A DNA stretch of 40,041 bases from Candidatus Hadarchaeia archaeon. GTDB lineage: Archaea; Hadarchaeota; Hadarchaeia; Hadarchaeales; JAGGTB01. The notes under the pieces were generated by a model. The model worked only from the letters and a program-made list of their open reading frames with translations, had not been told where the DNA came from and ran no database searches. The stretch lies in contig JBKHIS010000002.1 in assembly GCA_046538535.1 (NCBI GenBank), forward strand, positions 1 to 40,041, written 5' to 3'. The position numbers and the translations under genes are program-made. Each line of letters begins with the position of its first letter. The stretch's first letter is position 1. Of this stretch, positions 1-7,884 are shown in pieces.

Positions 1-63
1 AAGCTTTTTTAGCGATAATGAAGTTTAATTATTGAAATGAATATATATTTAGAAGGTGAAAAT

Positions 64-243
64 ATGAGAAAAGGTAGGGGTTCAGGCCAAGGTTCTGGTC
101 AGGGATCTGGTAGAGGTTCAGGCCAAGGTGTCACTAAATGCGTTTGTCCGAACTGTGGTCACGAAGCTCCTCATCAGAGAGGTACGCCCTGCACCACCAT
201 GAATTGTCCAGACTGTGGGACCACTATGATTGGAAAGCGTTGA
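64..243 (+). CDS. small Gly/Arg-rich protein with C-terminal four-Cys zinc ribbon (paralog of 19110..19298)
   Basis: ORF 37..243. The ATG at 64 has GGTGA (55-59) 4 nt upstream. N-terminus is MRKGRGSGQGSGQGSGRGSGQG, followed by CVCPNCGHE...PC...NCPDCG. By eye, 22 of 34 ribbon residues match the ORF at 19110. Confidence 0.6.
   Translation: MRKGRGSGQGSGQGSGRGSGQGVTKCVCPNCGHEAPHQRGTPCTTMNCPDCGTTMIGKR
79..129 (+). repeat. 12-nt coding tandem repeat (about 4 units) encoding (GSGQ/GSGR)n
   Basis: The units are ggttcaggccaa / ggttctggtcag / ggatctggtaga / ggttcaggccaa / ggt, read directly from the sequence. Confidence 0.8.
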
Positions 244-342
244 ACGGTGTAGATTTTTAAGTAATATTTCAGTTGACCTTGACAGCTCATAATTTTTAGA
301 CAATTAAAAGTAATACTCTTTTAGCTTACATGAGGTTGATTT

Positions 343-1074
343 ATGAGAAGCATAGTAGTATCGGGATACAAAAATAGTGGGAAGACCGCTATTGTTGATG
401 GCATTGTAGAGAATCTTAGTAAAAAAGGATATCGAGTGGGAACTATTAAGCATGTTCCGCACAGTCCTCTGAGCTTTGGAGATGGAGAAGCTGATACGAA
501 ACGTCATTTAGAGGCCGGGAGCGAGAAAACCGTGGCTCTTGGATCCTCGAAAGTCTTCACGCTGGAGAAGCGTGAAGCCGACCTTGAAGATATTTTTCGA
601 GAGATGAGGGATCTTGATTTTGTCATTGGAGAGGGTTTTAAGAACTCTGAGAATGTTCCCAGAATCATCGTTGCCGAAAACGACTCCAATGCTGAAGAAC
701 TGGAAGATAAATTTACTGTGGGCTTTGTAGGGGCAGGAGTGGAGAAGAAACCGCGCTTTGAAAAGGATGCTCTCTCGGATATCGCTGATTTGGTGGAGGA
801 GAAAGCTGTCATGCCTCCTGCCGGAATGGATTGTGGTGAGTGCGGTTACGATTCCTGTCGGGATTATGTTTTATCTGCAATTTCGGGAGAAGCTCCTAAA
901 GAAGGGTGCATAGCGTTGAGCGACAAAGTAAAACTATTAGTTGATGGTAAGAGGGTTCCGCTCAAACCTTTCATTCAGGATTTAGTGGAAAGAACTGTTA
1001 CTGGTATGATCACTCCTTTGAAAGAGACTGAAGGAAAAGAGATAGAGATTAAAATAGAAAGAGATGAAGATTGA
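343..1074 (+). CDS. mobB: MobB-like P-loop protein (molybdopterin-guanine dinucleotide biosynthesis protein B family) fused to a Cys-rich C-terminal domain
   Basis: N-terminus MRSIVVSGYKNSGKTAIV carries a Walker A motif and is followed by GTIKH. The C-terminal half contains CGECGYDSCRDY...EGC, a possible Fe-S or metal site. Confidence 0.75.
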   Translation: MRSIVVSGYKNSGKTAIVDGIVENLSKKGYRVGTIKHVPHSPLSFGDGEADTKRHLEAGSEKTVALGSSKVFTLEKREADLEDIFREMRDLDFVIGEGFKNSENVPRIIVAENDSNAEELEDKFTVGFVGAGVEKKPRFEKDALSDIADLVEEKAVMPPAGMDCGECGYDSCRDYVLSAISGEAPKEGCIALSDKVKLLVDGKRVPLKPFIQDLVERTVTGMITPLKETEGKEIEIKIERDED

Positions 1075-1078
1075 GCAT

Positions 1079-1117
1079 TGGAATTAGTTGAAAAAAATTG
1101 GATTGATTTTAATTCCA
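1079..1117. terminator. hairpin between convergent genes (TGGAATTA / TAATTCCA, 8-bp stem)
   Basis: A perfect 8-bp inverted repeat (1079-1086 and 1110-1117) lies in an A/T-rich spacer between mobB (+) and the DUF89 gene (-). Confidence 0.35.
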
Positions 1118-1200
1118 TATAAATTAGGTAAAAAGTCTTCTAAGAAAATAAATAGATGTGGAAATGAGATATCAGCGTTCAAAACGCATAATTTTGGTTT

Positions 1201-2063
1201 TTATCCAAGAACAATAATTGGGTTTTTAGGATTGTTCTTCTTTTTCCACTTCACAATTGTACTGCCTTCTTCCGCTCCTATATCGTCCCCAATGAGATGA
1301 CACTTTACCATCAGTAGGAAGAAAATATTCGCATCGGTTTCGCTGAAAGCCTCGTAGTTGGCTTGACCTTTGCTTATGACTAGGTCTGCGTTACGCAGTC
1401 TTTCTTTCAATTCTTCTGATACGTTGTTGAGGTCTTCCACCTCCTCAATTTCGGCGATTTTATCTATGCCAACGAATTTTGCGTCTTCGATCATGGCATC
1501 GTTGAGAATTGCCGATGATTTGACAAAGAACCGGACATCTTTACCACCGCGCGTCTCCAGAAAAATACGGTCGAAGACTATCTCTCCGGTGTTATCGGAA
1601 AGGTATATTATGTCTTCAGCTTTTTCCAGTTCCTCTTTAAATTGATCGAAATGATCTATTGCAAAGTCCTTCTCTAATGTTTCTTCGATAACGTCTTCTA
1701 CCACGAAGTCTCTGTCCGGACTGAAATCTATCACATTGCCAGCTATGGATAGTTTTGTTGCAGTTAGCAAGGGGTCGTCGGAGTTGGAGACCTTTTGTTT
1801 CATCTCTGGATACATCTCAATGGCTCTTTCGTTAAACTTGTCTTTCAGTTCTTTGTAAGGGTCTTTAACTCCAGTGACTTTCCCAACTGTTCTTACAGCC
1901 TTATGCGATATTGTTAGGGAAGTTCCGTTCCATTCTATCTTGCTTAGCTTTGAGGCAACTTCTTTTAGAGCTTCCTCTTGTTTCTTCTCGTCATCCGTTT
2001 CCATTCTACTTGCTTCTAGGGCTGCCTCATAGCGCATGGAACACAGTCTAGATAAACTTTCAT
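1201..2063 (-). pseudogene. DUF89 (damage-control phosphatase/ARMT1-like) gene with a 1-nt frameshift near its 5' end
   Basis: The long ORF 1201..2037 has the ISKGQANYEAFSE motif but lacks the conserved N-terminus. An ATG at 2063, with GAGGT (2076-2072) 8 nt upstream, encodes MKVYLDCVPCAMRQ and then hits TAG (2018-2016). The paralog at 23812..24651 begins MKTYLDCVPCALRQALEASRM. The two frames rejoin if one base is added around 2019-2024. Confidence 0.75.
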
Positions 2064-2117
2064 AATTTTTTACCTCTATTTTCTTTTAAGAAGGAATATT
2101 GGCATGTCTCATCTCTG

Positions 2118-3461
2118 TTATCTCATCTTCCCGATTGCATCCTCGGCAGCATTGGGAAGTTGATAGGCGACCGGTGATGCGGTGAGAGCTGGGTGTGTGC
2201 CCATTTGAAGCGTGGCAATGTCGTTAGCGGTCATTCTTGATTGGATGCAAGCACCGACCACGTTGATTAGTTCTCCGGAGCTGAATCCTCCCATTACCTG
2301 CCCACCAATGAGAACTTCGGTGTCTCGGTTAAATGTAAGTTTTACTTCGGTTTTTTTCATTCCAGGCATCCCTCCTGGATGTCTATTTGGTGCAGTGAAT
2401 CTTCCGGAGACGACATTGTATCCTTTTTCTCTTGCTGCTCTTTCTGACAATCCTGCAACGGCAAAAGCCGTATCTCCAAACTTGGTGGAGTATATACCCA
2501 CCTGACCTGGATTCTCTCTCCGCATGCCGAACAAGTTGGCCCCTGCCACTCTAGCCTCCATAGTTGCTATAGAAGCCAGCATGATTTGAGTGGGTTCCCC
2601 TGTGAAAAAAGACCTTTTCTCGGCACAGTCACCGCAGGCGAAGATATCGTTGTTGGTAGTTTTCAAGTGTCGATCCACGTGCACTGCTCCGTTGGCTCCA
2701 AGTTCAAGGTTAGCATTTTCAGCTAGTTCCACGTTTGGCCGGGATCCGACCGCCAAGATTACTGCGTCTGCATTTATTTCCTTTCCGTTCTCGAGTTCTA
2801 CACCCTCGGCTTTTTCCCCACCTATTATCGATTCTACTCCATTTCCGGTCAAAAGCTCGACTCCTCTGTCGGATATTACCTTTTCAGATTTTTCACAAAA
2901 CTCTGAATCAAATCCTCCAAGCATCAGGCAGTGGGGAAGCTTTTCCACAATCTTGACGTTAGTTTCCTTTCGTTTGCGGCACTCATCGCCCAGCTCCATT
3001 CCGATGAAACCTCCTCCAATTATTACTAAATCTTGGGCTTCATCGATTGCGTTCGAGATATTTCGAAGGTAAGGAACATTTTTCTTGACCGTGAAAACGT
3101 TTTCCTTTTCTATTCCTGGAATGGGGGGCTCGACGGGGGAGGAACCAGTTGCTAGGACCAGTTTATCGTATGTGATTTTCTCTTCTTCCTTGGTCGTGAG
3201 AGTTTTGTCTTCTTTGTTTACTTTTTCTACTTCGTCCACTAACAGATCGATATCGCCTTCTTTGAGTACATCGTCGGGAATTATATTATTTTGAGGCGAT
3301 TCTACAGTTCCAAAAACATAAGGTATGCCACAAGGAATGGGAACTTGCTCTTCACCCCGGATAACTAGTACTTTCTTCTCCGGATAATGCCTACGACATG
3401 TTTTCGCTGCTGTTATCCCGGCAGCACTACCTCCTATTACAGCAACATCTGTTTCTCTCAT
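2118..3461 (-). CDS. FAD-dependent pyridine nucleotide-disulfide oxidoreductase (NADH oxidase / CoA-disulfide reductase-like)
   Basis: It has VAVIGGSAAGITAA and IIGGGFIGMELG dinucleotide-binding folds and an ACGDCA motif. AGGAGGTG lies upstream of the ATG at 3461. Confidence 0.85.
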   Translation of the reverse strand: MRETDVAVIGGSAAGITAAKTCRRHYPEKKVLVIRGEEQVPIPCGIPYVFGTVESPQNNIIPDDVLKEGDIDLLVDEVEKVNKEDKTLTTKEEEKITYDKLVLATGSSPVEPPIPGIEKENVFTVKKNVPYLRNISNAIDEAQDLVIIGGGFIGMELGDECRKRKETNVKIVEKLPHCLMLGGFDSEFCEKSEKVISDRGVELLTGNGVESIIGGEKAEGVELENGKEINADAVILAVGSRPNVELAENANLELGANGAVHVDRHLKTTNNDIFACGDCAEKRSFFTGEPTQIMLASIATMEARVAGANLFGMRRENPGQVGIYSTKFGDTAFAVAGLSERAAREKGYNVVSGRFTAPNRHPGGMPGMKKTEVKLTFNRDTEVLIGGQVMGGFSSGELINVVGACIQSRMTANDIATLQMGTHPALTASPVAYQLPNAAEDAIGKMR

Positions 3462-3525
3462 CTTTTTTCACCTCCTTTCTATTTTCAGAATCGTTATACA
3501 TGATTTCTATTACTAATGTCTTTCA

Positions 3526-4080
3526 TTATGACCTGTATCTGCACTCTGAATGCTCCCCTGTATCTATATAATCTTTGAAATGATTCAACCATACGGGTTC
3601 GTTCGGAGATTTTTCTACGAACTCTACGAACTTCTCGAGTCTTTTTAGGGTTTTTTCATGGATGGGATGCTCCATTCTGCAAGCGTCTGTTTCTGCACGC
3701 TTTTTATCAACTCCGAACAGTTTGAGGAATTTTGAAAGAGTATTGTGCTTTGTTTTTACCCTTTTGGCTATTTTCCTACCCCTCTCAGTCAGGGAAAGAC
3801 GCCCATACTTCTCATGGTCGACGAGCCCTTTTTCGCTCAAACGAGCCACCATTTCTGTAACGCTGGGGGCCTTGTGCCCCATGTGAGCTGCCACCCCAGA
3901 AACCGTAACCTCTTCATCTGTTGATAGTTCCTGTATGGACTTTAGATAATCCTCCTCGCCACTTGTTAGGTGCAGTTCCTCTTCTTTTTCACCTGAAAAC
4001 TCCAGTTTTGACGATTTTACATTTTCTTCCTTACTGGCTTGAAACTCTTTATCTTGCTTGATCTGTTGTCGATGCATCAA
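3526..4080 (-). CDS. DtxR/MntR-family metal-dependent transcriptional regulator
   Basis: Motifs: EDYLKSIQEL, the HTH SVTEMVARLSEKGLV, LTERGRKIA and HNTLSKFL. About 40 acidic residues precede the conserved core, so this is either an N-terminal extension or an unrecognised later start. Confidence 0.8.
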   Translation of the reverse strand: MMHRQQIKQDKEFQASKEENVKSSKLEFSGEKEEELHLTSGEEDYLKSIQELSTDEEVTVSGVAAHMGHKAPSVTEMVARLSEKGLVDHEKYGRLSLTERGRKIAKRVKTKHNTLSKFLKLFGVDKKRAETDACRMEHPIHEKTLKRLEKFVEFVEKSPNEPVWLNHFKDYIDTGEHSECRYRS

Positions 4081-4146
4081 CTGATGAATATATATTCAAT
4101 TTAATAAAAGGTTTTCTCTCAAAAGAGTGAGCCTTCATAGTGATTT

Positions 4147-4158
4147 GGATACGTATCC
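4147..4158. promoter_or_regulatory. perfect 12-bp palindrome GGATACGTATCC in the divergent dtxR-like/nadA promoter region
   Basis: Read directly from the sequence. It lies 67 nt from the regulator start and 80 nt from the nadA start. A role as an operator is inference only. Confidence 0.25.
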
Positions 4159-4237
4159 TGTGAGTGGACGTTGGAAATTTTAGTAGTTTTGTTCGGGAGC
4201 CATACGCTTATTAGCAAAAATTGAGTAATTCGCATGA

Positions 4238-5155
4238 ATGTTGAAAGGAGACCTAGTTGAAAAAATTTCCAATTTGAAGGAAGAGAAAAACGCTGTTCTA
4301 CTCGCACATAACTACCAGAGTAAAGAAATCCAACTTGCTGCGGATTATCTTGGGGGTTCCCTCTCCCTTGCTAGGCGTTCCAAAGAGCTTGATGCGGATC
4401 TCATAGTTTTTGCCGGAGTCGACTTTATGGCAGAGATGACCTCAATACTAAATCCGAAGAAGAAAGTTGTTATGACTGATTCGGATGCGACCTGTCCACT
4501 CGCAGAACACCTTCCTGTAGAGAAAGTCCGAGAGGCCAAAGAAAACCATCCTACTGCCGCGACTGTGCTTTATGTCAATACCTTTTCGGACGCGAAAGCT
4601 GAGGCAGATGTTATTTGTACGTCTTCTAATGCTTCCGAAATAGTAAGTAAGGTGGGGGAAGAAAAAGTTCTCTTCGGACCGGACAGAAATCTCTCCTCTC
4701 TCGTCCAGCGTGAGACTGATAAGGATGTAATTCCCATTCCTGAAGACGGATACTGTTACGTTCACAAGATGATTTTTCCCGAAGAAATTCAAAGATTGAA
4801 AGAAAGACAGGGATATACGGAAGTAATAGTGCATCCTGAGTGTGATCCTGAGATCCAAGAAGTTGCTGACTACGTTTGTAGCACGGGTGACATGATTCCT
4901 AAAGTAAGGGAATCTAGTGCTGATAGGTTTGTGGTCGGAACGGAAACAGGGATGGTTGAAAGATTACGAAGAGATTTTCCCGATAAAGAGTTTGTTCCAG
5001 CTCTCAGGGCTGCCGTTTGTGAAGATATGAAGAAGCACTCACTCGAGAAAGTGGTAAATTCACTCGAGGAAGAACAATATGTAGTTGAAGTTCCGGAGGA
5101 TGTTGCTGTCGAGGCGAAAAGAGCAATAGAAAGAATGCTAGAGATGTCGGAGTGA
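4238..5155 (+). CDS. nadA: quinolinate synthase
   Basis: Motifs LLAHNYQ, FAGVDFMAEM, LYVNT and VHPEC, at a typical length of 305 aa. Confidence 0.9.
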   Translation: MLKGDLVEKISNLKEEKNAVLLAHNYQSKEIQLAADYLGGSLSLARRSKELDADLIVFAGVDFMAEMTSILNPKKKVVMTDSDATCPLAEHLPVEKVREAKENHPTAATVLYVNTFSDAKAEADVICTSSNASEIVSKVGEEKVLFGPDRNLSSLVQRETDKDVIPIPEDGYCYVHKMIFPEEIQRLKERQGYTEVIVHPECDPEIQEVADYVCSTGDMIPKVRESSADRFVVGTETGMVERLRRDFPDKEFVPALRAAVCEDMKKHSLEKVVNSLEEEQYVVEVPEDVAVEAKRAIERMLEMSE

Positions 5156-5235
5156 AAGCTAGGTTACTGAAACTGTTGATGAGATATCGAAAGAAGTTTA
5201 AAAAAGTATTTGGTGTATGAGAAAACTGTGGTAAT

Positions 5236-5973
5236 ATGAAGACAATAGTCTGTGGAAAAGGCGGATGTGGAAAAAGTGCGATAACATCGCTCATAGCAAA
5301 AGAAATATCCAGACGTGGATTTAAGGTAGTAGTGGCGGACAACGACGAGTCCAACTTCGGTCTCCATACTTACCTTGGGTTGGATCTTCCTAAGGATCTT
5401 GTGAATTACTTTGGAGGGAGAGATGAGGTATTTGAAAAAATTGACGAAATCAAGCAGGCTCTAAGATTGCAAGACGTTTCGAGTGATTATATTTCCCAGA
5501 AAGGTGGAATTAGCCTATTGTCGATGGGAAAGATCAAAGAGTATGGAGAGGGATGCGCATGTCCCATTAATGCTCTTTCCTCTGAATTTTATAGCAATTT
5601 GAGACTTGAGGATGGTGAATTCTTGTTAGTGGATGCGGAGGCAGGAATAGAGCATTTTGGCAGAGGAGTCGAGGAAGGTTGCGATCTGATACTTATGGTC
5701 GTGGACCCGACACAGGAGTCTCTGAGACTCGCGAAAAAAGTGTTTAATTTTGGTGATGAAATAGGTCTGGAAGTGCTATTCGTCTTGAACAAAGTGAACG
5801 AGAGAGAGGAAGGGTTTCTCAAGAAATCGCTCCCTGAAAAGAGGATTATTAGTTCCATTCCGGAGGTCGAGGAGATTTCCGAGGCAAGTCTAGAGGGAAA
5901 AGAGCTTGATATGCGACAGAAAGGAATCAAGGAAATCGTAAATGTTCTCGCTGAATTTGAAGGAGAGAACTAA
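5236..5973 (+). CDS. CooC/AcsF-like P-loop ATPase (metallocentre maturation NTPase family)
   Basis: Walker A motif VCGKGGCGKS, a CxC motif in GEGCACPINAL, and LVDAEAG. Confidence 0.75.
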   Translation: MKTIVCGKGGCGKSAITSLIAKEISRRGFKVVVADNDESNFGLHTYLGLDLPKDLVNYFGGRDEVFEKIDEIKQALRLQDVSSDYISQKGGISLLSMGKIKEYGEGCACPINALSSEFYSNLRLEDGEFLLVDAEAGIEHFGRGVEEGCDLILMVVDPTQESLRLAKKVFNFGDEIGLEVLFVLNKVNEREEGFLKKSLPEKRIISSIPEVEEISEASLEGKELDMRQKGIKEIVNVLAEFEGEN

Positions 5974-5988
5974 ATTAAACCTAATATT

Positions 5989-6186
5989 TTACTCTAGATC
6001 CTCTTTAATCTCACCGTTAGGCAACATATTGTCAGGATGGGGCTCTCCTCGTTTCTCCATCTGGTATCGAACGCAACTCTCGTTATCTCCTTTACAATAT
6101 TGCTTTATCCATTTTTTATCCAGTTTTCCCTTTTCGTAATATCTCTTCATAGGACATACGGAGTACCACTTACAGGTTTCGTCCAT
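5989..6186 (-). CDS. small Cys-rich conserved hypothetical protein
   Basis: The 65-aa sequence is MDETCKWYSVCPMKRYYEKGKLDKKWIKQYCKGDNESCVRYQMEKRGEPHPDNMLPNG. From memory, similar mini-proteins occur in methanogens and are sometimes auto-annotated as uracil-DNA glycosylase despite their size. Confidence 0.5.
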   Translation of the reverse strand: MDETCKWYSVCPMKRYYEKGKLDKKWIKQYCKGDNESCVRYQMEKRGEPHPDNMLPNGEIKEDLE

Positions 6187-6332
6187 GATGATTAATTAAT
6201 CAAGTTCTTCCGGATTTTTCAGTACTATTTTAGCTTTATTATCTATCTTTATTTATTGGTAAAGTTAATCCTTGAGGTTTAATAGTAAATCTGGTCCCCT
6301 GATTGACTACTAAACCTATTCGGAATCAGAGG

Positions 6333-6584
6333 CTAGATTTTTTTCTCTAATCCTTTTTTGATATGCTCGGCGATTATAATATTCGTGGTTGTATCTTTGA
6401 CTCCTTCGATTTCTCTAATTTTAGTTATAATTTTATGTATGTCCCCAGTAACAATTGCCATAATGTCGTACGGCCCTGTGATAAAAGCTACACTTTCAAC
6501 CTCTTCCATTTCCCCTAGTTCATTCATAACCCTTTCGACTACACCTTTTGCTTCAATTTCGATCAAAATCAAGGCTTCAGTCAT
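6333..6584 (-). CDS. stand-alone Lrp/AsnC ligand-binding (RAM) domain protein
   Basis: The 83-aa protein has a beta-alpha-beta pattern, ALILIEIEAKG...VESVAFITGPYDIMAIV, typical of the AsnC C-terminal domain. No HTH is present. Confidence 0.7.
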   Translation of the reverse strand: MTEALILIEIEAKGVVERVMNELGEMEEVESVAFITGPYDIMAIVTGDIHKIITKIREIEGVKDTTTNIIIAEHIKKGLEKKI

Positions 6585-6944
6585 TTTCTTTCATTATATT
6601 TCTCTAATTGATGTGATATAGAGTTTTTCCCGTAGAACTTTCGTTATTGGAGTCAGATTTTTTGCTTCATCAGGGGTAATATCCATCTCACCGTTCATTG
6701 TCTTCTACCTTTTTGAGCAGTGTTAATAGATGTTTTATTATTCCCCCCAACATCTCCATTGAACTTTACCTCATAGAGTTTTCACCAGATCTATTTCAAT
6801 TTTTGTCTGTTATGCTTTCTTTGAAGTTCTTGAAATTTCTCCGATGTTCTACTCGCAGAGAAAGAATCATTCTAAGAATTAACGGATTTTTTAGGTTTAT
6901 GGCTCCTTCGGGCTCCATGGGTGTCCTGATTGTCTGGATCAGAG

Positions 6945-7197
6945 AAAAAGGTATCCGGGAAGCGTGTTCATAATCATAACTAAGAACTATGGAAGTGACA
7001 CCCTTTGAAATGAGAAATGGTCCACTTACCTTTCGCGACCTGAAAATATAAACTTGCGTCCCACGTTAAGCGTCTGCCAACCGTTTTTGAAACTTTTGAG
7101 CGGTTTCTTGGTGAAAAAGAAAGATAGGGGGTTTATGTGCAGAAATATAGGAATTTTTCCCGCTTTCATGCGTTTTCACCTCAAGGGATACCTTTTT
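6945..7197. repeat. inverted repeat pair AAAAAGGTATCC (6945-6956) / GGATACCTTTTT (7186-7197)
   Basis: The 12-nt inverted repeat is perfect. It extends by AGAG/CTCT across a 2-nt bulge (6941-6956 versus 7186-7203) and brackets about 230 bp of ORF-free DNA. Confidence 0.6.
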
Positions 7198-7884
7198 ATC
7201 TCTTCGGGAACATCTAAACGATTGAACTAACCGGTGTGGGTCCAGGTTTGGACTCGTACTGAATCCGAGGGTCCTCCCCCCGGCGCTTATCTTTCAGTTC
7301 GAGTCCCATCATAAAGCGAACAGAATTAATATCTGATGCAACAGGGCTTGAGAGGATAGTTGTCAAGCAAACAACTTTTCTGAAAAGTGAAGAAAAACGC
7401 AGTAAGATAACTAGCCATAATTTTTATCGATCGGTTAATTTACTGTTTTCCTTTTTCTTCCCCTTCTTCATATTTTCGACAACCGAAAAAGGAAACTGGA
7501 AAACGAACAAAATATTACCATAAGTAGAAAAGTTCGGCAACGTCCGCCTTTTCTCCGTTATAAGCTCCCTCCAAACGGTTTTTCGATCCGTCTCTCCCTC
7601 TTCAACTACAAAAGCCAGCCGATATATTGAATATAAACCAATCAAGAATGAGAAGAAAAAACAAACCCCATACCCAGGAAGTGCAAGGTCTGACCTCCAA
7701 TGATCCTTGCAGGGTAGATAAATTTAGATTAACCGATAATTCGTATACATTCACTAAAGAATCCGAAATCAGGATTTTAAAAAACGTAAATATTAAAAAA
7801 ATGAAAAAATGGAAAAGATCACTCTTCTATTATCAAATCACTTAAGCAATCGTCTTTCACGTTACTCCAACACGGCTGAAGAAT

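Noticed and set aside
37-63. Upstream ATG for the first ribbon protein
   Set aside because: The ATG at 64 has a GGTGA SD at proper spacing and matches the paralog's architecture. The start at 37 cannot be excluded.
2590-3072. 160-aa plus-strand ORF
   Set aside because: It is antisense to the flavoprotein oxidoreductase gene and is Ser/Pro-rich, so it is a shadow ORF.
6698-6973. 91-aa plus-strand ORF (also 7424..7645 on the minus strand and 7627..7845 on the plus strand)
   Set aside because: They are low-complexity, lack an SD and overlap one another, and no family resemblance was seen. I treat them as part of the unexplained gap rather than as genes.
7290-7312. tRNA-like T-loop sequence GTTCGAGTCC
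   Set aside because: The flanking bases cannot form a T-stem (TTCAG versus CCCAT). No acceptor, D or anticodon arms could be drawn on either strand.
6990-7400. Possible SRP RNA or RNase P RNA in the ORF-free gap
   Set aside because: I could not find the helix-8 GGAA/AGCA-type SRP motifs. The RNase P conserved regions (GAGGAAAGUCC, GGUAAGGGUGAAA) are also missing. Only a loose ACAGAA...GGCUUG resemblance exists near 7320-7350. A covariance-model scan is needed to be sure.
7683-7710. Hairpin GCAAGG...CCTTGC with CCUCC in the loop
   Set aside because: The stem is only 6 bp with a 16-nt loop in a region of unknown transcription, which is not distinctive enough.
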